DNA of 64,000 nt from the human T2T-CHM13v2.0 reference genome, Homo sapiens. The translations under genes were made by a program, and so were the position numbers. The stretch lies in NCBI RefSeq assembly GCF_009914755.1, contig NC_060926.1. One strand, 5' to 3'. The number at the start of each line of letters is the position of its first letter. Position 1 is the first letter of the stretch. The notes beneath the pieces are model-generated. The model saw only the letters and a list, made by a program, of their open reading frames with translations, was not told where the DNA came from and made no database searches. Positions 35,568-49,569 of this stretch are shown one piece after another.

Positions 35568-35784
35568 TTTTTTTTTTTTATTATACTCTAAGTTTTAGGG
35601 TACATGTGCACATTGTGCAGGTTAGTAACATATGTATACATGTGCCATGCTGGTGCGCTGCACCCACTAATGTGTCATCTAGCATTAGGTATATCTCCCA
35701 ATGCTATCCCTCCCCCCTCCCCCGACCCCACCACAGTCCCCAGAGTGTGATATTCCCCTTCCTGTGTCCATGTGATCTCATTGT

Positions 35785-36228
35785 TCAATTCCCACCTATG
35801 CGTGAGAATATGCGGTGTTTGGTTTTTTGTTCTTGCGATAGTTTACTGAGAATGATGGTTTCCAATTTCATCCATGTCCCTACAAAGGATATGAACTCAT
35901 CATTTTTTATGGCTGCATAATATTCCATGGTGTATATGTGCCACATTTTCTTAATCCAGTCTATCATTGTTGGACATTTGGGTTGGTTCCAAGTCTTTGC
36001 TATTGTGAATAGTGCCGCAATAAACATACGTGTGCATGTGTCTTTATAGCAGCATGATTTATAGACCTTTGGGTATATACCCAGTAATGGGATGGCTGGG
36101 TCAAATGGTATTTCCAGTTCTAGATCCCTGAGGAATCGCCACACTGACTTCCACAATGGTTGAACTAGTTTAAAGTCCCACCAACAGTGTAAAAGTGTTC
36201 CTATTTCTCCGCATCCTCTCCAGCACCT
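35785..36228 (-). pseudogene. L1 ORF2p C-terminal remnant, copy 3
   Basis: Same translation as copies 1 and 2. Confidence 0.95.
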
Positions 36229-39200
36229 TTTTTGTAGTATCTGGAAGTGGACATTTGGAGAGTTCTCAGGAATACGGTGAAAAAGGAAATATCTTCCAAT
36301 AAAAGCTAGATAGAAGCAATGTCAGAAACTTTTTAATGATGTATCTACTCAGCTAACAGAGTTGAACCTTTCTTTTGAGAGAGCAGTTTTGAAACACTCT
36401 TTTTGTGGAATCTGCAAGTGGATATTTGTCTAGCTTTGAGGATTTCGTTGGAAACGGGATTACATATAAAAAGCAGACAGCAGCATTCCCAGAAATTTCT
36501 TTGTGATGTTTGCATTCAAGTCACAGAGTTGAACATTCCCTTTCTTAGAGCAGGTTTGAAACACTCTTTTTGTAGTATCTGGATGTGGACATTTGGAGCG
36601 CTTTCAGGCCTATGGTGAAAAAGGAAATATCTTCCCCTGAAAACTAGACAGAAGCATTCTCAGAATCTTATTTGTGATGTGCGCCCTCAACTAACAGTGT
36701 TGAAGCTTTCTTTTGATAGAGCAGTTTTGAAACACTCTTTTTGTAAAATCTGCAAGAGGATATTTGGATAGGTTTGAGGATTTCGTTGAAAACGGGATTG
36801 TCTTCATATAAACTCTAGACAGAAGCATTCTCAGAAGCTTCATTGGGATGTTTCAATTGAAGTCACAGTGTTGAACAGTCCCTTTCATAGAGCAGGTTTG
36901 AAACGCTCTTTTTGTAGTATCTGGAAGTGGACATTTGGAGAGTTCTCAGGAATACGGTGAAAAAGGAAATATCTTCCAATAAAAGCTAGACAGAAGCAAT
37001 GTCAGAAAATTGTTCATGATGTATCTACTCAGCTAACAGTGTTGAACCTTCCTTTTGAGAGAGCAGTTTTGAAACACTATTTTTGTGGAATCTGCAAGTG
37101 GATATTTGTCTAGATTTGAGGATTTCGTTGGAAACGGGATTACATATAAAAAGCAGACAGCAGCATTCCCAGAAACTTCTTTGTGATGTTTGCATTCAAG
37201 TCACAGAGTTGAACATTCCCTTTCATAGAGCAGGTTTGAAACACTCTTTTTGTAGTATCTGGATGTGGACATTTGGAGCGCTTTCAGGCCTATGGTGAAA
37301 AAGGAAATATCTTCCCCTGAAAACTAGACAGAAGCATTCTCAGAAACTTATTTGTGATGTGCGCCCTCAACTAACAGTGTTGAAGCTTTCTTTTGATAGA
37401 GCAGTTTTGAAACACTCTTTTTGTAAAATCTGCAAGAGGATATTTGGATAGCTTTGAGGATTTCGTTGGAAACGGGATTGTCTTCATATAAACTCTAGAC
37501 AGAAGCATTCTCAGAAGCTTCATTGGGATGTTTCAATTGAAGTCACAGTGTTGAACAGTCCCTTTCATAGAGCAGGTTTGAAAAACTCATTTTGTAGTAT
37601 CTGGAAGTGGACATTTGGAGCGCTCTCAGGACTACGGTGAAAAAGGAAATATCTTCCAATAAAAGCTAGATAGAAGCAATGTCAGAAACATTTTCATGAT
37701 GTATCTACTCAGCTAACAGAGTTGAACCTTTCTTTTGAGAGAGCAGTTTTGAAACACTCTTTTTGTGGAATCTGCAAGTGGAAATTTGTCTAGATTTGAG
37801 GATTTCGTTGGAAACGGGATTACATATAAAAAGCAGACAGCAGCATTCCCAGAAACTTCTTTGTGATGTTTGTATTCAAGTCACAGAGTTGAACATTCCC
37901 TTTCATAGAGCAGGTTTGAAACACTCTTTTTGTAGTATCTGGATGTGGACATTTGGAGCGCTTTCAGGCCTATGGTGAAAAAGGAAATATCTTCCCCTGA
38001 AAACTAGACAGAAGCATTCTCAGAATCTTATTTGTGATGTGCGCCCTCAACTAACAGTGTTGAAGCTTTCTTTTGATAGAGCAGTTTTGAAACACCCTTT
38101 TTGTAAAATCTGCAAGAGGATATTTGGATAGCTTTGAGGATTTCGTTGGAAACGGGATTGTCTTCATATAAACTCTAGACAGAAGCATTCTCAGAAGCTT
38201 CATTGGGATGTTTCAACAGAAGTCACAGTGTTGAACAGTCCCTTTCATAGAGCAGGTTTGAAACACTCTTTTTGTAGTATGTGGAAGTGGACATTTGGAG
38301 AGTTCTCAGGAATACCGTGAAAAAGGAAATATCTTCCAATAAAAGCTAGATAGAAGCAATGTCAGAAACTTTTTCATGATGTATCTACTCAGCTAACAGA
38401 GTTGAACCTTTCTTTTGAGAGAGCAGTTTTGAAACACTCTTTTTGTGGAATCTGCAAGTGGATATTTGACTAGCTTTGAGGATTTCGTTGGAAACGGGAT
38501 TACATATAAAAAGCAGACAGCAGCATTCCCAGAAACTTCTTTGTGATGTTTGCATTTAAGTGACAGAGTTGAACATTCCCTTTCATAGAGCAGGTTTGAA
38601 ACACTCTTTTTGTAGTATCTGGATGTGGAAATTTGGAGCGCTTTCAGGCCTATGGTGAAAAAGGAAATATCTTCCCCTGAAAACTAGACAGAAGTAGTCT
38701 CAGAAACTTATTTGTGATGTGCGCCCTCAACTAACAGTGTTGAAGCTTTCTTTTCACAGAGCCGTTTTGAAACACGCTTTTTGTAAAATCTGCAAGAGGA
38801 TATTTGGATAGCTTTGAGGATTTCGTTGGAAACGGGATTGTCTGCATATAAACTCTAGACAGAAGCATTCTCAGAAGCTTCATTGGGATGTTTCAATTGA
38901 AGTCACAGTGTTGAACAGTCCCTTTCATAGAGCAGGTTTGAAACACTCTTTTTGTAGTATCTGGAAGTGCACATTTGGAGCGATCTCAGGACTACGGCGA
39001 AAAAGGAAATATCTTCCAATAAAAGCTAGATAGAAGCAATGTCAGAAACATTTTCGTGATGTATCTACTCAGCTAACAGAGTTGAAACTTTCTTTTGAGA
39101 GAGCAGTTTTGAAACACTCTTTTTGTGGAATCTGCAAGTGGATATTTGTCTAGCTTTGAGGATTTCGTTGGAAACGGGATTACATATAAAAAGCAGACAG

Positions 39201-42200
39201 CAGCATTCCCAGAAACTTCTTTGTGATGTTTGCATTCAAGTCACAGAGTTGAACATTCCCTTTCATAGAGCAGGTTTGAAACACTCTTTTTGTAGTATCT
39301 GGATGTGGACATTTGGAGCGCTTTCAGGCCTATGGTGAAAAAGGAAATATCTTCCCCTGAAAACTAGACAGAAGCATTCTCAGAATCTTATTTGTGATCT
39401 GCGCCCTCAACTAACAGTGTTGAAGCTTTCTTTTGATAGAGCAGTTTTGAAACACTCTTTTTGTAAAATCTGCAAGAGGATATTTGGATAGCTTCGAGGA
39501 TATCGTTGGAAACGGGATTGTCTTCATATAAAATCTAGACAGAAGCGTTCTCAGAAGCTTCATTGGGATGTTTCAATTGAAGTCACAGTGTTGAACAGTC
39601 CCTTTCATAGAGCAGGTTTGAAACACACTTTTTGTAATATCTGGAAGTGGACATTTGGAGCGCTCTCAGGAATACGGTGAAAAAGGAAATATCTTCCAAT
39701 AAAAGCTAGATAGAAGCAATGTCAGAAACTTTTTCATGATGTATCTACTCAGCTAACAGAGTTGAAGCTTTCTTTTGAGAGAGGAGTTTTGAAACACTCT
39801 TTTTGTGGAATCTGCAAGTGGATATTTGTCTGGCTTTGAGGATTTCGTTGGAAACGGGATTATATATAAAAAGCAGACAGCAGCATTCCCAGAAATTTCT
39901 TTGTGATGTTTGCATTCAGGTCACAGAGTTGAACATTCCCTTTCTTAGAGCAGGTTTGAAACACTCTTTTTGTAGTATCTGGATGTGGACATTTGGAGCG
40001 CTTTCAGGCCTATGGTGAAAAAGGGAATATGTTCCCCTGAAAACTAGAGAGAAGCATTCTCAGAATCTTATTTGTGATGTGCGCCCTCAACTAACAGTGT
40101 TGAAGCTCTCTTTTGATAGAGCAGTTTTGAAACACACTTTTTGTAAAATCTGCAAGAGGATATTTGATTAGCTTTGAGGATTTCGTTGGAAACGGGATTG
40201 TCTTCATATAAACTCTAGACAGAAGCATTCTCAGAAGCTTCATTGGGATGTTTCAATTGAAGTCACGGTGTTGAACAGTCCCTTTCATAGAGCAGGTTTG
40301 AAACACTCTTTTTGTAGTATCTGGAAGTGGAAATTTGGAGCGCTCTCAGGACTAATGTGAAAAAGGAAATATCTTCCAATAAAAGCTAGATTGAAGCAAT
40401 GTCAGAAACTTTTTCATGATGTATCTACTCAGCTAACAGAGTTGAACCTTTCTTTTGAGAGAGCAGTTTTGAAACACTCTTTTTATGGAATCTGCAAGTG
40501 GATATTTGTCTAGCTTTGAGGATTTCGTTGGAAACGGGATTACAGATAAAAAGCAGACAGCAGCATTCCCAGAAACTTCTTTGTGATGTTTGCATTCAAG
40601 TCACAGAGTTGAACATTCCCTTTCATAGAGCAGGTTTGAAACACTCTTTTTGTAGTATCTGGATGTGGACATTTGGAGCGCTTTCAGGCCTATGGTGAAA
40701 AAGGAAATATCTTCCCCTGAAAATTAGACAGAAGCATTCTCAGAAACTTATTTGTGATGTGCGCCCTCAACTAACAGTGTGGAACTTTTCTTTTGATAGA
40801 GCAGTTTTGAAACACTCTTTTTGTAAAATCTGCAAGAGGATATTTGGATAGCTTTGAGGATTTCGTTGGAAACGGGATTGTCTTCATATAGAATCTAGAC
40901 AGAAGCATTCTCAGAAGCTTCATTGGGATGTTTCAATTGAAGTCACAGTGTTGAACAGTCCCTTTCATAGAGCATGTTTGAAACAATCTTTTTGTAGTAT
41001 CTGGAAGTGGACATTTGGAGCGCTCTCAGGACTACGGTGAAAAAGGAAATATCTTCCAAATAAAGCTAGATAGAAGCAATGTCAGAGAATTTTTCATGAT
41101 GTATCTACTCAGCTAACAGAGTTGAACCTTTCTTTTGAGAGAGCCGTTTTGAAACACTCTTTTTGTGGAATCTGCAAGTGGATATTGGTGTAGCTTTGAG
41201 GATTTCGTTGGAAACGGGATTACATAGAAAAAGCAGACAGCAGCATTCCCAGAAACTTCTTTGTGATATTTGCATTCAAGTCACAGACTTGAACATTCCC
41301 TTTCATAGAGCAGGTTTGAAACACTCTTTTTGTAGTATCTGGATGTGGACATTTGGAGCGCTTTCAGGCCTATGGTGAAAAAGGAAATATCTTCCCCTGA
41401 AAACTAGACAGAAGCATTCTCAGAAACTTATTTGTGATGTGCGCCCTCAACTAACAGTGTTGAAGCTTTCTTTTGATAGAGCAGTTTTGAAACACTCTTT
41501 TTGTAAAATCTGCAAGAGGATATTTGGATAGCTTTGAGGATTTCGTTGGAAACGGGATTGTCTTCATATAAAATCTAGACAGAAGCATTCTCAGAAGCTT
41601 CATTGGGATGTTTCAATTGAAGTCACAGTGTTGAACAGTCCCTTTCATAGAGCATGTTTGAAACAATCTTTTTGTAGTATCTGGAAGTGGACATTTGGAG
41701 CGCTCTCAGGACTACGGTGAAAAAGGAAATATCTTCCAAATAAAGCTAGATAGAAGCAATGTCAGAAAATTTTTCATGATGTATCTATTCAGCTAACAGA
41801 GTTGAACCTTTCTTTTGACAGAGCAGTTTTGAAACACTCTTTTTGTGGAATCTGCAAGTGGATATTTGTCTAGCTTTGAGGATTTCGTTGGAAACGGGAT
41901 TACATATAAAAAGCAGACAGCAGCATTCCCAGAAACTTCTTTGTGATATTTGCATTCAAGTCAGAGACTTGAACATTCCCTTTCATAGAGCAGGTTTGAA
42001 ACACTCTTTTTGTAGTATCTGGATGTGGACATTTGGAGCGCTTTCAGGCCTATGGTGAAAAAGGAAATATCTTCCCCTGAAAACTAGACAGAAGCATTCT
42101 CAGAAACTTATTTGTGATGTGCGCCCTCAACTAACAGTGTTGAACCTTTCTTTTGATAGAGCAGTTTTGAAACACTCTTTTTGTAAAATCTGCAAGAGGA

Positions 42201-44099
42201 TATTTGGATAGCTTTGAGGATTTCGTTGGAAACGGGATTGTCTTCATATACAATCTAGACAGAAGCATTCTCAGAAGCTTCATTGGGATGTTTCAATTGA
42301 AGTCACAGTGTTGAACAGTCCCTTTCGTAGAGCAGGTTTGAAACACTCTTTTTGTAATATCTGGAAGTGGACATTTGGAGCGTTCTCAGGACTATGGTGA
42401 AAAAGGAAATATCTTCCAATAAAAGCTAGATAGAAGCAATGTCAGAAACTTTTTCATGATGTATCTACTCAGCTAACAGAGTTGAACCTTTCTTTTGAGA
42501 GAGCCGTTTTGAAACACTCTTTTTGTGGAATCTGCAAGTGGATATTTGTCTAGCTTTGAGGATTTCGTTGGAAACGGGAGTACATATAAAAAGCAGACAG
42601 CAGCATTCCCAGAAACTTCTTTGTGATATTTGCATTCAAGTCACAGACTTGAACATTCCCTTTCATAGAGCAGGTTTGAAACACTCTTTTTGTAGTATCT
42701 GGATGTGGACATTTGGAGCGCTTTCCGGCCTATGGTGAAAAAGGAAATATCTTCCCCTGAAAACTAGACAGAAGCATTCTCAGAAACTTATTTGTGATGT
42801 GCGCCCTCAACTAACAGTGTTGAAGCTTTCTTTTGATAGAGCAGTTTTGAAACACTCTTTTTGTAAAATCTGCAAGAGGATATTTGGATAGCTTTGAGGA
42901 TTTCGTTGGAAACGGGATTGTCTTCATATACAATCTAGACAGAAGCATTCTCAGAAGCTTCATTGGGATGTTTCAATTGAAGTCACAGTGTTGAACACTC
43001 ACTTTCGTAGAGCAGGTTTGAAACACTCTTTTTGTAATATCTGGAAGTGGACATTTGGAGCGTTCTCAGGACTATGGTGAAAAAGGAAATAACTTCCAAT
43101 AAAAGCTAGATAGAAGCAATGTCAGAAACTTTTTCATGATGTATCTACTCAGCTAAGAGAGTTGAACCTTTCTTTTGAGAGAGCCTTTTTGAAACACTCT
43201 TTTTGTGGAATCTGCAAGTGGATATTTGTCTAGCTTTGAGGATTTCGTTGGAAACGGGATTACATATAAAAAGCAGACAGCAGCATTCCCAGAAACTTCT
43301 TTGTGATGTTTGCATTCAAGTCACAGAGTTGAACATTCCCTTTCATAGAGCAGGTTTGAAACACTCTTTTTGTAGTATCTGGATGTGGACATTTGGAGCG
43401 CTTTCAGGCCTATGGTGAAAAAGGAAATATCTTCCCCTGAAAACTAGACAGAAGCATTCTCAGAAACTTATTTGTGATGTGCGCCCTCAACTAACAGTGT
43501 TAAACCTTTCTTTTGATAGAGTAGTTTTGAAACACTCTTTGTAAAATCTGCAAGAGGATATTTGGATAGCTTTGAGGATTTCTTTGGAAACGGGATTGTC
43601 TTCATATAAAATCTAGACAAAAGCATTCTCAGAAGCTTCATTGGGATGTTTCAATTGAAGTCACAGTGTTGAACAGTCCCTTTCATAGAGCATGTTTGAA
43701 ACACTCTTTTTGTAGTATCTGGAAGTTGACATTTGGAGCTTTTTCAGGACTACGGTGAAAAAGGAAATATCTTCCAAATAAAGCTAGATAGAAGCAATGT
43801 CAGAAAATTTTTCATTATGTATCTACTCAGCTAACAGAATTTAACCTTTCTTTTGAGAGAGAAGTTTTGAAACACTCTTTTTGTGGAATCTGCAAGTGGA
43901 TATTTGTCTAGGTTTGAGGATTTCGTTGGAAACCGTATTACATATGAAAAGCAGACAGCAGCATTCCCAGAAACTTCTTTGTCATGTTTGCATTCAAGTC
44001 ACAGAGTTGAACATTCCCTTTCATAGAGCAGGTTTGAAACACTCTTTTTGTAGTATCTGGATGTGGACATTTGGAGCGCTTTCAGGCCTATGGTGAAAA

Positions 44100-47000
44100 A
44101 GGAAATATCTTCCCCTGAAAACTAGACAGAAGCATTCTCAGAAACTTATTTGTGATGTGCACCCTCAACTAACAGTGTTGAAGCTTTCTTTTGACAGAAC
44201 AGTTTGAAACACTCTTTTTGTAAAATCTGCAAGAGGATATTTGGATTGCTTTGAGGATTTCGGAGGAAATGGGATTGTCTTCATATAAACTCTAGACAGT
44301 AGCATTCTCAGAAGCTTCATTGGGATGTTTCAATTGAAGTCACAGTGTTGAACAGTCCGTTTCATAGAGCAGGTTTGAAACACTCTTTTTGTAGTATCTG
44401 GAAGTGGACATTTGGAGCGCTCTCAGGACTACGGTGAAAAAGGAAATATCTTCCAATAAAAGCTAGATAGAAGCAATGTCAGAAACTTTTTCATGATTTA
44501 TCTACTCAGCTAACAGAGTTGAACCTTTTTTTTGAGAGAGCAGTTTTGAAACACTCTTTTTGTTCGATCTGCAGGTGGATATTTGTCTAGGTTTGAGGAT
44601 TTCGTTGGAAACGGGATTACATATAAAAAACAGACAGCAGCATTCCCAGAAACTTCTTTGTGATGTTTGCATTCAAGTCACAGAGTTGAACATTCCCTTT
44701 CATAGAGCAGGTTTGAAACACTATTTTTGTAGTATCTGGATGTGGACATTTGGAGCGCTCCCAGGCCTCTGGTGAAAAAGGAAATATCTTCCCCTGCAAA
44801 CTAGACAGAAGCATTCTCAGAAACTTATTTGGGATGTGCGCCCTCAACTAACAATGTTGAACCTTTCTGTTGATAGAGTAGTTTTGAAACACTCTTTTTG
44901 TAAAATCTGCAAGAGGATATTTGGATAGCTTTGAGGATTTCGTTGGAAACGGGATTGTCTTCATATTAACCCTAGACAGTAGCATTCTCAGAAGGTTCAT
45001 TGGGATGTTTCAATTGAAGTCACAGTGTTGAACAGTCACTTTCATAGAGCAGGATTGAAACACTCTTTTTGTAGCATCTGGAAGTGGACATTTGGAGCGC
45101 TCTCAGGACTACGGTGAAAAAGGAAATATCTTCCAATAAAAGCTAGATAGAAGCAATGTCAGAAACTTTTTCATGATGTATCTACTCAGCTAAAAGAGTT
45201 GAACCTTTCTTTTGTGAGAGCAGTTTTGAAACACTATTTTTGTGGAATCTGCAAGTGGATATTTGTCTAGCTTTGAGGATTCCGTTGGAAACGGGATTAC
45301 ATAGAAAAAGCAGACAGCAGCATTCCCAGAAACTTCTTTGTGAAATTTGCATTCAAGTCACAGACTTGAACATTCCCTTTCATAGAGCAGGTTTGAAACA
45401 CTCTTTTTGTAGTATCTGGATGTGGACGTTTGGAGCGCTTTCAGGCCTATGGTGAAAAAGGAAATATCTTCCCCTGAAAACTAGACAGAAGCATTCTCAG
45501 AAACTTATTTGTGATGTGCGCCCTCAACTAACAGTGTTGAACCTTTCTTTTGATAGAGTAGTTTTGAAACACTCTTTTTGTAAAATCTGCAAGAGGATAT
45601 TTGGATAGCTTTGAGTATTTCGTTGGAAACGGGATTGTCTTCATATAAACTCTAGACAGTAGCATTCTGAGAAGCTTCATTGGGATGTTTCAATTGAAGT
45701 CACAGTGTTGAACAGTCCCTTTCATAGAGCAGGTTTGAAACACTCTTTTTGTAGCATCTGGAAGTGGACATTTGGAGCGCTCTCAGGACTACGGTGAAAA
45801 AGGAAATATCTTCCAATAAAAGTTAGATAGAAGCAATGTGAGAAACTTTTTCATGATGTATCTACTCAGCTAAAAGAGTTGAACCTTTCTTTTGAGAGAG
45901 CAGTTTTGAAACACTCTTTTTGTGGAATCTGCAAGTGGATATTTGTCTAGCTTTGAGGATTTCTTTGGAAACGGGATTACATATAAAAAGCAGACAGCAG
46001 CATTCCCAGAAACTTCTTTGTGATGTTTGCATTCAAGTCACAGAGTTGAACATTCCCTTTCATAGAGCAGGTTTGAAACACTCTTTTTGTAGTATCTGGA
46101 TGTGGACATTTGGAGCGCTCTCAGGCCTATGGTGAAAAAGGAAATATCTTCCTCTGAAAAGTAGACAGAAGCATTCTCAGAAACTTATTTGTGATGTGCA
46201 CCCTCAACTAACAGTGTTGAAGCTTTCTTTTGACAGAGCAGTTTGAAACACTCTTTTTGTAAAATCTGCAAGAGGATATTTGGATTGCTTTGAGGATTTC
46301 GGAGGAAATGGGATTGTCTTCATATAAACTCTAGACAGTAGCATTCTCAGAAGCTTCATTGAGATGTTTCAATTGAAGTCACAGTGTTGAACAGTCCGTT
46401 TCATAGAGCAGGTTTGAAACACTCTTTTTGTAGTATCTGGAAGTGGACATTTGGAGCGCTCTCAGGACTACGGTGAAAAAGGAAATATCTTCCAATAAAA
46501 GCTAGATAGAAGCAATGTCAGAAACTTTTTCATGATGTATCTACTCAGCTAACAGAGTTGAACCTTTTTTTTGAGAGAGCAGTTTTGAAACACTCTTTTT
46601 GTTCGATCTGCAGGTGGATATTTGTCTAGGTTTGAGGATTTCCTTGGAAACGGGATTACATATAAAAAACAGACAGCAGCATTCCCAGAAACTTCTTTGT
46701 GATGTTTGCATTCAAGTCACAGAGTTGAACATTCCCTTTCATAGAGCAGGTTTGAAACACTATTTTTGTAGTATCTGGATGTGGACATTTGGAGCGCTCT
46801 CAGGCCTATGGTGAAAAAGGAAATATCTTCCCCTGCAAACTAGACAGAAGCATTCTCAGAAACTTATTTGTGATGTGGGCCCTCAACTAACAATGTTGAA
46901 CCTTTCTGTTGATAGAGTAGTTTTGAAACACTCTTTTTGTAAAATCTGCAAGAGGATATTTGGATAGCTTTGAGGATTTCGTTGGAAACGGGATTGTCTT

Positions 47001-48180
47001 CATATTAACCCTAGACAGTAGCATTCTCAGAAGGTTCATTGGGATGTTTCAATTGAAGTCACAGTGTTGAACAATCACTTTCATAGAGCAGGTTTGAAAC
47101 ACTCTTTTTGTAGCATCTGGAAGTGGACATTTGGAGCGCTCTCAGGACTACGGTGAAAAAGGAAATATCTTCCAATAAAAGCTAGATAGAAGCAATGTCA
47201 GAAACTTTTTCATGATGTATCTACTCAGCTAAAAGAGTTGAACCTTTCTTTTCTGAGAGCAGTTTTGAAACACTATTTTTGTGGAATATGCAAGTGGATA
47301 TTTGTCTAGCTTTGAGGATTCCGTTGGAAACGGGATTACATAGAAAAAGCAGACAGCAGCATTCCCAGAAACTTCTTTGTGAAATTTGCATTCAAGTCAC
47401 AGACTTGAACATTCCCTTTCATAGAGCAGGTTTGAAACACTCTTTTTGTAGTATCTGGATGTGGACGTTTGGAGCGCTTTCAGGCCTATGGTGAAAAAGG
47501 AAATATCTTCCCCTGAAAACTAGACAGAAGCATTCTCAGAAACTTATTTGTGATGTGCGCCCTCAACTAACAGTGTTGAACCTTTCTTTTGATAGAGTAG
47601 TTTTGAAACACTCTTTTTGTAAAATCTGCAAGAGGATATTTGGATAGCTTTGAGTATTTCGTTGGAAACGGGATTGTCTTCATATAAACTCTAGACAGTA
47701 GCATTCTGAGAAGCTTCATTGGGATGTTTCAATTGAAGTCACAGTGTTGAACAGTCCCTTTCATAGAGCAGGTTTGAAACACTCTTTTTGTAGCATCTGG
47801 AAGTGGACAGTTGGAGCGCTCTCAGGACTACGGTGAAAAAGGAAATATCTTCCAATAAAAGCTAGATAGAAGCAATGTGAGAAACTTTTTCATGATGTAT
47901 CTACTCAGCTAAAAGAGTTGAACCTTTCTTTTGAGAGAGCAGTTTTGAAACACTCTTTTTGTGGAATCTGCAAGTGGATATTTGTCTAGCTTTGAGGACT
48001 TCTTTGGAAACGGGATTACATATAAAAAGCAGACAGCAGCATTCCCAGAAACTTCTTTGTGATGTTTGCATTCAAGTCACAGAGTTGAACATTCCCTTTC
48101 ATAGAGCAGGTTTGAAACACTCTTTTTGTAGTATCTGGATGTGGACATTTGGAGCGCTCTCAGGCCTATGGTGAAAAAGG
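44100..48180 (+). repeat. Tandem duplication of a 3-HOR block (period 2039 bp); ends approximate
   Basis: Variant ORF pairs 44560/46599, 45240/47279 and 45920/47959 share private substitutions. Confidence 0.8.
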
Positions 48181-49569
48181 AAATATCTTCCCCTGAAAAC
48201 TAGATAGAAGCATTCTGAGAAACTTATTTGTGATGTGCGCCCTCAACTAACAGTGTTGAACTTTTCTTTTGATAGAGCAGTTTTGAAACACTCTTTTTGT
48301 AAAATCTGCAAGAGGATATTTGGATAGCTTTGAGGATTTCGTTGGAAACGGGATTGTCTTCATATAAAATCTAGACAGAAGCATTCTCAGAAGCTTCATT
48401 GGGATGTTTCAATTGAAGTCACAGTGTTGAACAGTCCCTTTCATAGAGCATGTTTGAAACAATCTTTTTGTAGTATCTGGAAGTGGACATTTGGAGCGCT
48501 CTCAGGACTACGGTGAAAAAGGAAATATCTTCCAAATAAAGCTAGATAGAAGCAATGTCAGAAAATTTTTCATGATGTATCTATTCAGCTAACAGAGTTG
48601 AACCTTTCTTTTGACAGAGCAGTTTTGAAACACTCTTTTTGTGGAATCTGCAAGTGGATATTTGTCTAGCTTTGAGGATTTCGTTGGAAACGGGATTACA
48701 TATAAAAAGCAGACAGCAGCATTCCCAGAAACTTCTTTGTGATATTTGCATTCAAGTCACAGAGTTGAACATTCCCTTTCATAGAGCAGGTTTGAAACAC
48801 TCTTTTTGTAGTATCTGCATGTGGACATTTGGAGCGCTTTCAGGCCTATGGTGAAAAAGGAAATATCTTCCCCTGAAAACTAGACAGAAGCATTCTCAGA
48901 AACTTATTTGTGATGTGCGCCCTCAACTAACAGTGTTGAAGCTTTCTTTTGATAGAGCAGTTTTGAAACACTCTTTTTGTAAAATCTGCAAGAGGATATT
49001 TGGATAGCTTTGAGGATTTCGTTGGAAACGGGATTGTCTTCATATACAATCTAGACAGAAGCATTCTCAGAAGCTTCATTGGGATGTTTCAATTAAAGTC
49101 ACAGTGTTGAACAGTCCCTATCGTAGAGCAGGTTTGAAACACTCTTTTTGTAATATCTGGAAGTGGAGATTTGGAGCGCTCTCAGGACTACGGTGAAAAA
49201 GGAAATATATTCCAATAAAAGCTAGATAGAAGCAATGTCAGAAACTTTTTCATGATGTATCTACTCAGCTAACAGAGTTGAACCTTTTTTTTGAGAGAGC
49301 AGTTTTGAAACACTCTTTTTGTTGGATCTGCAGGTGGATATTTGTCTAGCTTTGAGGATTTCGTTGGAAACGGGATTACATATAAAAAGCAGACAGCAGC
49401 ATTCCCAGAAACTTCTTTGTGATATTTGCATTCAAGTCACAGACTTGAACATTCCCTTTCATAGAGCAGGTTTGAAACACTCTTTTTGTAGCATCTGGAT
49501 GTGGACATTTGGAGCGCTTTCAGGCCTATGGTGAAAAAGGAAATATCTTCCCCTGAAAACTAGACAGAA

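Larger units (their letters stand above)
35459..36228 (-). mobile_element. L1Hs-Ta plus 3' transduction, copy 3
   Basis: T24 (35459-35482), transduction (35483-35567), T12, L1 (35580-36228). Same junctions as copies 1 and 2. Confidence 0.97.

Noticed and set aside
16895-36228. Three independent L1 insertions into a hotspot
   Set aside because: Identical truncation point, transduction, private substitutions and kilobases of shared downstream HOR variants indicate DNA-level duplication of one event.
29237-36228. Triplication as a pure assembly artefact
   Set aside because: The copies differ in tail lengths, a substitution at 35536, flanking variants and block boundaries. An artefact is unlikely, though only reads can exclude it.
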